From NCBI RefSeq assembly GCF_009914755.1, contig NC_060939.1: a DNA stretch of 64,000 bases. The stretch is one strand, 5' to 3'. A model generated the notes under the pieces. That model did no database searches and had not been told where the DNA came from. It was given only the letters and a program-made list of their open reading frames with translations. The DNA is from the human T2T-CHM13v2.0 reference genome, Homo sapiens. The translations under genes were made by a program, and so were the position numbers. Position 1 is the first letter of the stretch, and every line of letters starts with the position of its first letter. Of the stretch, positions 39,101 to 54,900 are shown one piece after another.

Positions 39101-42100
39101 TTTCCATTCGAGTGCATTCCATTCCGTTCCATTTCTTTCCGTTCTGTACGATACCTACCGTTCGATTTCATTTTGTTCCAGTCCATTCCTTTCGCGTCCA
39201 TTCCATTCCATTTCACTCCATTCGATTCCATTCCACTCGATTCCACTTCGTTCCATTTCATTGCATTCCATTCTATTCAACTCTATTGCCTTCCATTCCA
39301 TTCCATTCGATTACATTCCATGCGATTCCATTCGAAATCGAATCAATTACATTGCAATCCATTACTATTGAGTCCGTTTTATTCCAGTCCACTGCATTCT
39401 GGTCCATTCCATTTGATTCCATTCCATTCTATTCCATTCCATACAGTTGCATTCCATTGGATTCCATGCTATATCTATAAATTCAATTCGAGACCATTGC
39501 TTTTGAGTCCATTCTATATGATTCCATTCCATTCAAGTCCATTACATTTGGTTCAATTCCATTCCATTCCATTCCCTTCCATTCCATTCCAGTTGATATC
39601 AATCCCTTCGATTCCATTCCATTCGAGCACATTCCATTCGAGTCCATTCCATTCGATGCCATTCCATTTGATTCTATTCCATTAGTCTCCATTCAATTCC
39701 ATTAATCTCCATTCCATTCCATTCTACTCCAACTGATTCCATTCCATTCTATTCCTTTCCATTCCATTTCATTCCATTCCATTCCATTTCATTCCATTCC
39801 ATTCCATTCGTGTCCATTCCACTCCAGTCCATTCCATTCGTGTCCATTCCATTCCAGTCCATTCCATTTGTGTCCACTGCATTCCATTCCACTCCATTCC
39901 ATATTATTCCATTACACTCCATTCCATTCTATTACTTTCATTTCCATTCAATTCCTTTCCATTTGATTCCTTTCCACTCGGTTTCATTCCATTTGAGTCC
40001 AGTCCATTCCATTCCATTCCATTCAGTTCCATTACATTCCATTCCATTCGGTACCATTCCATATTGTTCCATTCGATTCCATTCGAATCCATTCCATTCC
40101 AGTCCATTCCATTCGATTCCATTCCATTCATTTCAATTCCATTCCATTCCATTCCATTACATTCCACTTGATTCCTCTCCATTCCCTTCCACTGCATTCC
40201 GTTCGATTCCATTCCATTGCATTGCATTCCATTCCATTGGATTGCATTCCATTCGATTCCATTCCATTCGAATCAATTACATAGCAATCCATTACATTCG
40301 AGTCTATTCTATTCCGTTCCATTCGATTTTGTTCCAATCCATTCGATTCCATTCCATTCGATTCCATTCCATACTATTGCATTCCATTCGATTACATTAT
40401 ATTCGAATAAGTTCCATTCAAGACCATTTCTTTTGAGTCCATTCTATTTGAGTCCATTCCCTTTGATTCCATAACATTTGAGTCCATTCAATTCCATTCC
40501 TTTCGTTTCCATTCCATTTGATGCCATTCCATTCAATTCTGTTCTACTCGACTCCAATACATTCAATTCCATTCCATCCGATTCCATTACATTCTTTTCA
40601 TTTCTTATCCATTTCAAGCCATTCCACTCCATTCCATTCCACTCGTTTCCTTTCCATTCGAGTCCATTCCTCTCCAGTCCATTCCGTTCAATCCATTCCA
40701 TTCCAGTCCATTCCATTCGAGTCCGTTCCATTCCAGTCCATTCCTTTCGAGTCAATTCCATTCCATTCGATGTCTTTCCATAACGATCCATTCCATTTTA
40801 TTCCTTTCGATTCCATTCCATTCTATTTCATTCCATTCGATTCCCTTCCATTGGACTCCTTTCCATTCGAGTGCATTCCATTCCGTTCCATTTCTTTCCG
40901 TTCTGTATGATTCCTACCGTTCGATTTCATTTTGTTCCAGTCCATTCCTTTCGCGTCCATTCCATTCCATTTCACTCCATTCGATTCCATTCCACTCGAT
41001 TCCACTTCGTTCCATTTCATTGCATTCCATTCTATTCAACTCTATTGCCTTCCATTCCATTCAATTCGATTACATTCCAAGCGATTCCATTCGAAATCGA
41101 ATCAATTACATTGCAATCCATTACTATTGAGTCCGTTTTATTCCAGTCCACTGCATTCTGGTCCATTCCATTTGATTCCATTCCATTCTATTCCATTCCA
41201 TACAGTTGCATTCCATTGGATTCCATTCTATATCTATAAATTCAATTCGAGACCATTGCTTTTGAGTCCATTCTATATGATTCCATTCCATTCAAGTCCA
41301 TTACATTTGGTTCAATTCCATTCCATTCCATTCCCTTCCATTCCATTCCAGTTGATATCAATCCATTCGATTCCATTCCATTCGAGCACATTCCATTCGA
41401 GTCCATTCCATTCGTTGCCATTCCATTTGATTCTATTCCATTAGTCTCCATTCAATTCCATTAATCTCCATTCCATTCCATTCTACTCCAACTAATTCCA
41501 TTCCATTCTATTCCTTTCCATTCCATTTCATTCCATTCCATTCCATTCCATTCCATTCCATTCCATTCGTGTCCATTCCACTCCAGTCCATTCCATTCGT
41601 GTCCATACCATTCCAGTCCATTCCATTTGTGTCCACTGCATTCCATTCCACTCCATTCCATATTATTCCATTACACTCCATTCCATTCTATTACGTTCAT
41701 TTCCATTCCATTCCATTCCATTCCATTCAGTTCCATTCCATTCTGTTCCATTCCATTCCATTCCATTCGGTACCATTCCATAGTGTTCCATTCGATTCCA
41801 TTCGAATCCATTCCATTCCAGTCCTTTCCATTCGATTCCATTCCATTCATTTCAATTCCATTCCATTCCATTCCATTCCATTCCATTCCACTTGATTCCT
41901 CTCCATTCCCTTCCACGGCATTCCGTTCGATTCCATTCCATTGCATTGCATTCCATTCCATTGGATTGCATTCCATTCGATTCCATTCCATTCGAATCAA
42001 TTACATAGCAATCCATTACATTCGAGTCTATTCTCTTCCGTTCCATTCGATTTCGTTCCAATCCATTCGATTCCATTCCATTCGATTCCATTCCATACTA

Positions 42101-45100
42101 TTGCATTCCATTCGATTAAATTATATTCGAATAAGTTCCATTCAAGACCATTTCTTTTGAGTCCATTCTATTTGAGTCCATTCCCTTTGATTCCATAACA
42201 TTTGAGTCCATTCAATTCCATTCCTTTCGTTTCCATTCCATTTGATGCCATTCCATTCAATTCTGTTCTACTCGACTCCAATACATTCAATTCCATTCCA
42301 TCCGATTCCATTACATTCTTTTCATTTCTTATCCATTTCAAGCCATTCCACTCCATTCCATTCCACTCGTTTCCTTTCCATTCGAGTCCATTCCTCTCCA
42401 GTCCATTCCGTTCAGTCCATTCCATTCCAGTCCATTCCATTCGAGTCCGTTCCATTCCAGTCCATTCCATTCGAGTCAATTCCATTCCATTCGATGTCTT
42501 TCCATAACGATCCATTCCATTCTATTCCTTTCGATTCCATTCCATTCTATTTCATTCCATTCGATTCCCTTCCATTGGACTCCTTTCCATTCGAGTGCAT
42601 TCCATTCCGTTCCATTTCTTTCCGTTCTGTACGATTCCTACCGTTCGATTTCATTTTGTTCCAGTCCATTCCTTTCGCGTCCATTCCATTCCATTTCACT
42701 CCATTCGATTCCATTCCACTCGATTCCACTTTGTTCCATTTCATTGCATTCCATTCTATTCAACTCTATTGCCTTCCATTCCATTCCATTCGATTACATT
42801 CCATGCGATTCCATTCGAAATCGAATCAATTACATTGCAATCCATTACTATTGAGTCCGTTTTATTCCAGTCCACTGCATTCTGGTCCATTCCATTTGAT
42901 TCCATTCCATTCTATTCCATTCCATACAGTTGCATTCCATTGGATTCCATTCTATATCTATAAATTCAATTCGAGACCATTGCTTTTGAGTCCATTCTAT
43001 ATGATTCCATTCCATTCAAGTCCATTACATTTGGTTCAATTCCATTCCATTCCATTCCCTTCCATTCCATTCCAGTTGATATCAATCCATTCGATTCCAT
43101 TCCATTCGAGCACATTCCATTCGAGTCCATTCCATTCGATGCCATTCCATTTGATTCTATTCCATTAGTCTCCATTCAATTCCATTAATCTCCATTCCAT
43201 TCCATTCTACTCCAACTGATTCCATTCCATTCTATTCCTTTCCATTCCATTTCATTCCATTCCATTCCATTTCATTCCATTCCATTCCATTCGTGTCCAT
43301 TCCACTCCAGTCCATTCCATTCGTGTCCATTCCATTCCAGTCCATTCCATTTGTGTCCACTGCATTCCATTCCACTCCATTCCATATTATTCCATTACAC
43401 TCCATTCCATTCTATTACTTTCATTTCCATTCAATTCCAATCCATTTGATTCCATTCCACTCGGTTTCATTCCATTTGAGTCCACTCCATTCCATTCCAT
43501 TCCATTCCATTCAGTTCCATTCCATTCTGTTCCATTCCATTCCATTCCATTCGGTACCATTCCATAGTGTTCCATTCGATTTCATTCGAATCCATTCCAT
43601 TCCAGTCCTTTCCATTCGATTCCATTCCATTCATTTCAATTCCATTCCATTCCATTCCATTACATTCCACTTGATTCCTCTCCATTCCCTTCCACTGCAT
43701 TCCGTTCGATTCCATTCCATTGCATTGCATTACATTCCATTGGATTGCATTCCATTCGATTCCATTCCATTCGAATCAATTACATAGCAATCCATTACAT
43801 TCGAGTCTATTCCCTTCCGTTCCATTCGATTTCGTTCCAATCCATTCGATTCCATTTCATTCGATTCCATTCCATACTATTGCATTCCATTCGATTACAT
43901 TATATTCGAATAAGTTCCATTCAAGACCATTTCTTTTGAGTCCATTCTATTTGAGTCCATTCCCTTTGATTCCATAACATTTGAGTCCATTCAATTCCAT
44001 TCCTTTCGTTTCCATTCCATTTGATGCCATTCCATTCAATTCTGTTCTACTCGACTCCAATACATTCAATTCCATTCCATCCGATTCCATTACATTCTTT
44101 TCATTTCTTATCCATTTCAAGCCATTCCACTCCATTCCATTCCACTCATTTCCTTTCCATTCGAGTCCATTCCTCTCCCGTGCATTCCGTTCAATCCATT
44201 CCATTCCAGTCCATTCCATTCGAGTCCGTTCCATTCCAGTCCATTCCATTCGAGTCAATTCCATTCCATTCGATGTCTTTCCATAACGATCCATTCCATT
44301 CTATTCCTTTCGATTCCATTCCATTCTATTTCATTCCATTCGATTCCCTTCCATTGGACTCCTTTCCATTCGAGTGCATTCCATTCCGTTCCATTTCTTT
44401 CCGTTCTGTACGATTCCTACCGTTCGATTTCATTTTGTTCCAGTCCATTCCTTTCGCGTCCATTCCATTCCATTTCACTCCATTCGATTCCATTCCACTC
44501 GATTCCACTTCGTTCCATTTCATTGCATTCCATTCTATTCAACTCTATTGCCTTCCATTCCATTCCATTCGATTACATTCCATGCGATTCCATTCGAAAT
44601 CGAATCAATTACATTGCAATCCATTACTATTGAGTCCGTTTTATTCCAGTCCACTGCATTCTGGTCCATTCCATTTGATTCCATTCCATTCTATTCCATT
44701 CCATACAGTTGCATTCCATTGGATTCCATTCTATATCTATAAATTCAATTCGAGACCATTGCTTTTGAGTCCATTCTATATGATTCCATTCCATTCAAGT
44801 CCATTACATTTGGTTCAATTCCATTCCATTCCATTCCCTTCCATTCCATTCCAGTTGATATCAATCCATTCGATTCCATTCCATTCGAGCACATTCCATT
44901 CGAGTCCATTCCATTCGATGCCATTCCATTTGATTCTATTCCATTAGTCTCCATTCAATTCCATTAATCCCCATTCCATTCCATTCTACTCCAACTGATT
45001 CCATTCCATTCTATTCCTTTCCATTCCATTTCATTCCATTCCATTCCATTTCATTCCATTCCATTCCATTCGTGTCCATTCCACTCCAGTCCATTCCATT

Positions 45101-45999
45101 CGTGTCCATTCCATTCCAGTCCATTCCATTTGTGTCCACTGCATTCCATTCCACTCCATTCCATATTATTCCATTACACTCCATTCCATTCTATTACTTT
45201 CATTTCCATTCAATTCCATTCCATTTGATTCCATTCCACTCGGTTTCATTCCATTTGAGTCCACTCCATTCCATTCCATTCCATTCCATTCAGTTCCATT
45301 CCATTCTGTTCCATTCCATTCCGTTCCATTACATTCCATTCCATTCGGTACCATTCCATATTGTTCCATTCGATTCCATTCGAATCCATTCCATTCCAGT
45401 CCATTCCATTCGATTCCATTCCATTCATTTCAATTCCATTCCATTCCATTCCATTCCATTCCACTTGATTCCTCTCCATTCCCTTCCACTGCATTCCGTT
45501 CGATTCCATTCCATTGCATTGCATTCCATTCCATTGGATTGCATTCCATTCGATTCCATTCCATTCGAATCAATTACATAGCAATCCATTACATTCGAGT
45601 CTATTCTATTCCGTTCCATTCGATTTCGTTCCAATCCATTCGATTCCATTCCATTCGATTCCATTCCATACTATTGCATTCCATTCGATTACATTATATT
45701 CGAATAAGTTCCATTCAAGACCATTTCTTTTGAGTCCATTCTATTTGAGTCCATTCCCTTTGATTCCATAACATTTGAGTCCATTCAATTCCATTCCTTT
45801 CGTTTCCATTCCATTTGATGCCATTCCATTCAATTCTGTTCTACTCGACTCCAATACATTCAATTCCATTCCATCCGATTCCATTACATTCTTTTCATTT
45901 CTTATCCATTTCAAGCCATTCCACTCCATTCCACTCGTTTCCTTTCCAGTCGAGTCCATTCCTCTCCAGTCCATTCCGTTCAATCCATTCCATTCCAGT

Positions 46000-48900
46000 C
46001 CATTCCATTCGAGTCCGTTCCATTCCAGTCCATTCCATTCGAGTCAATTCCATTCCATTCGATGTCTTTCCATAATGATCCATTCCATTCTATTCCTTTC
46101 GATTCCATTCCATTCTATTTCATTCCATTCGATTCCCTTCCATTGGACTCCTTTCCATTCGAGTGCATTCCATTCCGTTCCATTTCTTACCGTTCTGTTC
46201 GATTCCTACCGTTCGATTTCATTTTGTTCCAGTCCATTCCTTTCGCGTCCATTCCATTCCATTTCACTCCATTCGATTCCATTCCACTCGATTCCACTTC
46301 GTTCCATTTCATTGCATTCCATTCTATTCAACTCTATTGCCTTCCATTCCATTCCATTCGATTACATTCCATGCGATTCCATTCAAAATCGAATCAATTA
46401 CATTGCAATCCATTACAATTGCGTCCGTTTTATTCCAGTCCACTGCATTCTGGTCCATTCCATTTGATTCCATTCCATTCTATTCCATTCCATACAGTTG
46501 CATTCCTTTGGATTCCATGCTATATCTATAAATTCAATTCGAGACCATTGCTTTTGAGTCCATTCTATATGATTCCATTCCATTCAAGTCCATTACATTT
46601 GGTTCAATTCCATTCCATTCCATTCCCTTCCATTCCATTCCAGTTGATATCAATCCATTCGATTCCATTCCATTCGAGCACATTCCATTCGAGTCCATTC
46701 CATTCGATGCCATTCCATTTGATTCTATTCCATTAGTCTCCATTCAATTCCATTAATCTCCATTCCATTCCATTCTATTCCAACTGATTCCATTCCATTC
46801 TATTCCTTTCCATTCCATTTCATTCCATTCCATTCCATTTCATTCCATTCCATTCCATTCGCTTCCATTCCATTCGTGTCCATTCCACTCCAGTCCATTC
46901 CATTCGTGTCCATTCCATTCCAGTCCATTCCATTTGTGTCCACTGCATTCCATTCCACTCCATTCCATATTATACCATTACACTCCCTTCCATTCCATTA
47001 CTTTCATTTCCATTCAATTCCATTCCATTTGATTCCATTCCACTCGGTTTCATTCCATTTGAGTCCACTCCATTCCATTCCATTCCATTCCATTCAGTTC
47101 CATTCCATTCTGTTCCATTCCATTCCGTTCCATTGCATTCCATTCCATTCGGTACCATTCCATATTGTTCCATTTGATTCCATTCGAATCCATTCCATTC
47201 CAGTCCATTCCATTCGATTCCATTCCATTCCTTTCAATTCCATTCCATTCCATTCCATTCCACTTGATTCCACTCCATTCCCTTCCACTGCATTCCATTC
47301 GATTCCATTCCATTGCATTGCATTCCATTCCATTGGACTGCATTCCATTCGATTCCATTCCATTCGAATCAATTACATAGCAATCCATTACATTCGAGTC
47401 TATTCTATTCCGTTCCATTCGATTTCGTTCCAATCCATTCGATTCCATTCCATTCGATTCCATTCCATACTATTGCATTCCATTCGATTACATTATATTC
47501 GAATAAGTTCCATTCAAGACCATTTCTTTTGAGTCCATTCTATTTGAGTCCATTCCCTTTGATTCCATAACATTTGAGTCCATTCAATTCCATTCCTTTC
47601 GTTTCCATTCCATTTGATGCCATTCCATTCAATTCTGTTCTACTCGACTCCAATACATTCAATTCCATTCCATCCGATTCCATTACATTCTTTTCATTTC
47701 TTATCCATTTCAAGCCATTCCACTCCATTCCATTCCACTCGTTTCCTTTCCATTCGAGTCCATTCCTCTCCAGTCCATTCCGTTCAATCCATTCCATTCC
47801 AGTCCATTCCATTCGAGTCCGTTCCATTCCAGTCCATTCCATTCGAGTCAATTCCATTCCATTCGATGTCTTTCCATAACGATCCATTCCATTCTATTCC
47901 TTTCGATTCCATTCCATTCTATTTCATTCCATTCGATTCCCTTCCATTGGACTCCTTTCCATTCGAGTGCATTCCATTCCGTTCCATTTCTTTCCGTTCT
48001 GTACGATTCCTACCGTTCGATTTCATTTTGTTCCAGTCCATTCCTTTCGCGTCCATTCCATTCCATTTCACTCCATTCGATTCCATTCCACTCGATTCCA
48101 CTTCGTTCCATTTCATTGCATTCCATTCTATTCAACTCTATTGCCTTCCATTCCATTCCATTCGATTACATTCCATGCGATTCCATTCGAAATCGAATCA
48201 ATTACATTGCAATCCATTACTATTGAGTCCGTTTTATTCCAGTCCACTGCATTCTGGTCCATTCCATTTGATTCCATTCCATTCTATTCCATTCCATACA
48301 GTTGCATTCCATTGGATTCCATTCTATATCTATAAATTCAATTCGAGACCATTGCTTTTGAGTCCATTCTATATGTTTCCATTCCATTCAAGTCCATTAC
48401 ATTTGGTTCAATTCCATTCCATTCCATTCCCTTCCATTCCATTCCAGTTGATATCAATCCATTCGATTCCATTCCATTCGAGCACATTCCATTCGAGTCC
48501 ATTCCATTCGATGCCATTCCATTTGATTCTATTCCATTAGTCTCCATTCAATTCCATTAATCTCCATTCCATTCCATTCTACTCCAACTGATTCCATTCC
48601 ATTCTATTCCTTTCCATTCCATTTCATTCCATTCCATTCCATTTCATTCCATTCCATTCCATTCGTGTCCATTCCACTCCAGTACATTCCATTCGTGTCC
48701 ATTCCATTCCAGTCCATTCCATTTGTGTCCACTGCATTCCATTCCACTCCATTCCATATTATTCCATTACACTCCATTCCATTCTATTACTTTCATTTCC
48801 ATTCAATTCCATTCCATTTGATTCCATTCCACTCGGTTTCATTCCATTTGAGTCCACTCCATTCCATTCCATTCCATTCAGTTCCATTCCATTCTGTTCC

Positions 48901-51900
48901 ATTCCATTCCGTTCCATTACATTCCATTCCATTCGGTACCATTCCATATTGTTCCATTCGATTCCATTCGAATCCATTCCATTCCAGTCCATTCCATTCG
49001 ATTCCATTCCATTCATTTCAATTCCATTCCATTCCATTCCATTACATTCCACTTGATTCCTCTCCATTCCCTTCCACTGCATTCCGTTCGATTCCATTCC
49101 ATTGCATTGCATTCCATTCCATTGGATTGCATTCCATTCGATTCCATTCCATTCGAATCAATTACATAGCAATCCATTACATTCGAGTCTATTCTATTCC
49201 GATCCATTCGATTTCGTTCCAATCCATTCGATTCCATTCCATTCGATTCCATTCCATACTATTGCATTCCATTCTATTACATTATATTCGAATAAGTTCC
49301 ATTCAAGACCATTTCTTTTGAGTCCATTCTATTTGAGTCCATTCCCTTTGATTCCATAACATTTGAGTCCATTCAATTCCATTCCTTTCGTTTCCATTCC
49401 ATTTGATGCCATTCCATTCAATTCTGTTCTACTCGACTCCAATACATTCAATTCCATTCCATCCGATTCCATTACATTCTTTTCATTTCTTATCCATTTC
49501 AAGCCATTCCACTCCATTCCATTCCACTCGTTTCCTTTCCATTCGAGTCCATTCCTCTCCAGTCCATTCCGTTCAATCCATTCCATTCCAGTCCATTCCA
49601 TTCGAGTCCGTTGCATTCCAGTCCATTCCACTCGAGTCAATTCCATCCCATTCGATGTCTTTCCATAACGATCCATTCCATTCTATTCCTTTCGATTCCA
49701 TTCCATTCGATTTCATTCCATTCGATTCCCTTCCATTGGACTCCTTTCCATTCGAGTGCATTCCATTCCGTTCCATTTCTTTCCGTTCTGTACGATTCCT
49801 ACCGTTCAATTTCATTTTGTTCCAGTCCATTCCTTTCGCGTCCATTCCATTCCATTTCACTCCATTCGATTCCATTCCACTCGATTCCACTTCGTTCCAT
49901 TTCATTGCATTCCATTCTATTCAACTCTATTGCCTTCCATTCCATTCCATTCGATTACATTCCATGCGATTCCATTCGAAATCGAATCAATTACAATGCA
50001 ATCCATTACTATTGAGTCCATTTTATTCCAGTCCACTGCATTCTGGTCCATTCCATTTGATTCCATTCCATTCTATTCCATTCCATACAGTTGCATTCCA
50101 TTGGATTCCATTCTATATCTATAAATTCAATTCGAGACCATTGCTTTTGAGTCCATTCTATATGATTCCATTCCATTCAAGTCCATTACATTTGGTTCAA
50201 TTCCATTCCATTCCATTCCCTTCCATTCCATTCCAGTTGATATCAATCCATTCGATTCCATTCCATTCGAGCACATTCCATTCGAGTCCATTCCATTCGA
50301 TGCCATTCCATTTGATTCTATTCCATTAGTCTCCATTCAATTCCATTAATCTCCATTCCATTCCATTCTACTCCAACTGATTCCATTCCATTCTATTCCT
50401 TTCCATTCCATTTCATTCCATTCCATTCCATTTCATTCCATTCCATTCCATTCGTGTCCATTCCACTCCAGTCCATTCCATTCGTGTCCATTCCATTCCA
50501 GTCCATTCCATTTGTGTCCACTGCATTCCATTCCACTCCATTCCATATTATTCCATTACAATCCATTCCATTCTATTACTTTCATTTCCATTCAATTCCA
50601 TTCCATTTGATTCCATTCCACTCGGTTTCATTCCATTTGAGTCCACTCCATTCCATTCCATTCCATTCCATTCAGTTCCATTCCATTCTGTTCCATTCCA
50701 TTCCGTTCCATTGCATTCCATTCCATTCGGTACCATTCCATATTGTTCCATTCGATTCCATTCGAATCCATTCCATTCCAGTCCATTCCATTCCATTCCA
50801 TTCCATTCCTTTCAATTCCATTCCATTCCATTCCATTCCACTTGATTCCACTCCATTCCCTTCCACTGCATTCCATTCGATTCCATTCCATTGCATTGCA
50901 TTCCATTCCATTGGACTGCATTCCATTCGATTCCATTCCATTCGAATCAATTACATAGCAATCCATTACATTCGAGTCTATTCTATTCCGTTCCATTCGA
51001 TTTCGTTCCAATCCATTCGATTCCATTCCATTCGATTCCATTCCATACTATTGCATTCCATTCGATTACATTATATTCGAATAAGTTCCATTCAAGACCA
51101 TTTCTTTTGAGTCCATTCTATTTGAGTCCATTCCCTTTGATTCCATAACATTTGAGTCCATTCAATTCCATTCCTTTCGTTTCCATTCCATTTGATGCCA
51201 TTCCATTCAATTCTGTTCTACTCGACTCCAATACATTCAATTCCATTCCATCCGATTCCATTACATTCTTTTCATTTCTTATCCATTTCAAGCCATTCCA
51301 CTCCATTCCATTCCACTCGTTTCCTTTCCATTCGAGTCCATTCCTCTCCAGTCCATTCCGTTCAATCCATTCCATTCCAGTCCATTCCATTCGAGTCCGT
51401 TCCATTCCAGTCCATTCCATTCGAGTCAATTCCATTCCATTCGATGTCTTTCCATAACGATCCATTCCATTCTATTCCTTTCGATTCCATTCCATTCTAT
51501 TTCATTCCATTCGATTCCCTTCCATTGGACTCCTTTCCATTCGAGTGCATTCCATTCCGTTCCATTTCTTCCCGTTCTGTACGATTCCTACCGTTCGATT
51601 TCATTTTGTTCCAGTCCATTCCTTTCGCGTCCATTCCATTCCATTTCACTCCATTCGATTCCATTCCACTCGATTCCACTTCGTTCCATTTCATTGCATT
51701 CCATTCTATTCAACTCTATTGCCTTCCATTCCATTCCATTCGATTACATTCCATGCGATTCCATTCGAAATCGAATCAATTACATTGCAATCCATTACTA
51801 TTGAGTCCGTATTATTCCAGTCCACTGCATTCTGGTCCATTCCATTTGATTCCATTCCATTCTATTCCATTCCATACAATTGCATTCCATTGGTTTCCAT

Positions 51901-54900
51901 TCTATATCTATAAATTCAATTCGAGACCATTGCTTTTGAGTCCATTCTATATGATTCCATTCCATTCAAGTCCATTACATTTGGTTCAATTCCATTCCAT
52001 TCCATTCCCTTCCATTCCATTCCAGTTGATATCAATCCATTCGATTCCATTCCATTCGAGCACATTCCATTCGAGTCCATTCCATTCGATGCCATTCCAT
52101 TTGATTCTATTCCATTAGTCTCCATTCAATTCCATTAATCTCCATTCCATTCCATTCTACTCCAACTGATTCCATTCCATTCTATTCCTTTCCATTCTAT
52201 TTCATTCCATTCCATTCCATTTCATTCCATTCCATTCCATTCGCTTCCATTCCATTCGTGTCCATTCCACTCCAGTCCATTCCATTCGTGTCCATTCCAT
52301 TCCAGTCCATTCCATTTGTGTCCACTGCATTCCATTCCACTCCATTCCATATTATTCCATTACACTCCATTCCATTCTATTACATTCATTTCCATTCAAT
52401 TCCATTCCATTTGATTCCATTCCACTCGGTTTCATTCCATTTGAGTCACTCCATTCCATTCCATTCCATTCCATTCAGTTCCATTCCATTCTGTTCCATT
52501 CCATTCCGTTCCATTGCATTCCACTCCATTCGGTACCATTCCATATTGTTCCATTCGATTCCATTCGAATCCATTCCATTCCAGTCCTTTCCATTCCATT
52601 CCATTCCATTCCTTTCAATTCCATTCCATTCCATTCCATTCCAATTGATTCCACTCCATTCCCTTCCACTGCATTCCATTCGATTCCATTCCATTGCATT
52701 GCATTCCATTCCATTGGACTGCATTCAATTTGATTCCATTCCATTCGAATCAATTACATAGCAATCCATTACATTCGAGTCTATTCTATTCCGTTCCATT
52801 CGATTTCATTCCAATCCATTCGATTCCATTCCATTCGATTCCATTCCATACTATTGCATTCCATTCTATTACATTATATTCGAATAAGTAACATTCAAGA
52901 CCATTTCTTTTGAGTCCATTCTATTTGAGTCCATTCCCTTTGATTCCATAACATTTGAGTCCATTCAATTCCATTCCTTTCGTTTCCATTCCATTTGATG
53001 CCATTCCATTCAATTCTGTTCTACTCAACTCCAATACATTCAATTCCATTCCATCCGATTCCATTACATTCTTTTCATTTCTTATCCATTTCAAGCCATT
53101 CCACTCCATTCCATTCCACTCGTTTCCTTTCCATTCGAGTCCATTCCTCTCCAGTCCATTCCGTTCAATCCATTCCATTCCAGTCCATTCCATTCGAGTC
53201 CGTTCCATTCCAGTCCATTCCATTCGAGTCAATTCCATTCCATTCGATGTCTTTCCATAACGATCCATTCCATTCTATTCCTTTCGATTCCATTCCATTC
53301 TATTTCATTCCATTCGATTCCCTTCCATTGGACTCCTTTCCATTCGAGTGCATTCCATTCCGTTCCATTTCTTCCCGTTCTGTACGATTCCTACCGTTCG
53401 ATTTCATTTTGTTCCAGTCCATTCCTTTCGCTTCCATTCCATTCCATTTCACTCCATTCGATTCCATTCCACTCGATTCCACTTCGTTCCATTTCATTGC
53501 ATTCCATTCTATTCAACTCTATTGCCTTCCATTCCATTCCATTCGATTACATTCCATGCGATTCCATTCGAAATCGAATCAATTACATTGCAATCCATTA
53601 CTATTGAGTCCGTTTTATTCCAGTCCACTGCATTCTGGTCCATTCCATTTGATTCCATTCCATTCTATTCCATTCCATACAGTTGCATTCCATTGGATTC
53701 CATTCTATATCTATAAATTCAATTCGAGACCATTGCTTTTGAGTCCATTCTATATGATTCCATTCCATTCAAGTCCATTACATTTGGTTCAATTCCATTC
53801 CATTATATTCCCTTCCATTCCATTCCAGTTGATATCAATCCATTCGATTCAATTCCATTCGAGCACATTCCATTCGAGTCCATTCCATTCGATGCCATTC
53901 CATTTGAATCTATTCCATTAGTCTCCATTCAATTCCATTAATCTCCATTCCATTCCATTCTACTCCTACTGATTCCACTCCATTCTATTCCTTTCCATTC
54001 CATTTCATTCCATTCCATTCCATTTCATTCCATTCCATGCCATTCGTGTCCATTCCACTCCAGTCCATTCCATTCGTGTCCATTCCATTCCAGTCCATTC
54101 CATTTGTGTCCACTGCATTCCATTCCACTCCATTCCATATTATTTCATTACACTCCATTCCATTCTATTACTTTCATTTCCATTCAATTCCATTCCATTT
54201 GATTCCATTCCACTCGGTTTCATTCCATTTGAGTCCACTCCATTCCATTCCATTCCATTCCATTCAGTTCCATTCCATTCTGTTCCATTCCATTCCGTTC
54301 CATTACATTCCATTCCATTCGGTACCATTCCATATTGTTCCATTCGATTCCATTCGAATCCATTCCATTCCAGTCCATTCCATTCGATTCCATTCCATTC
54401 ATTTCAATTCCATTCCATTGCATTCCATTACATTCCACTTGATTCCTCTCCATTCCCTTCCACTGCATTCCGTTCGATTCCATTCCATTGCATTGCATTC
54501 CATTCCATTGGATTGCATTCCATTCGATTCCATTCCATTCGAATCAATTACATAGCAATCCATTACATTCGAGTCTATTCTATTCCGATCCATTCGATTT
54601 CGTTCCAATCCATTCGATTCCATTCCATTCGATTCCATTCCATACTATTGCATTCCATTCGATTACATTATATTCGAATAAGTTCCATTCAAGACCATTT
54701 CTTTTGAGTCCATTCTATTTGAGTCCATTCCCTTTGATTCCATAACATTTGAGTCCATTCAATTCCATTCCTTTCGTTTCCATTCCATTTGATGCCATTC
54801 CATTCAATTCTGTTCTACTCGACTCCAATACATTCAATTCCATTCCATCCGATTCCATTACATTCTTTTCATTTCTTATCCATTTCAAGCCATTCCACTC

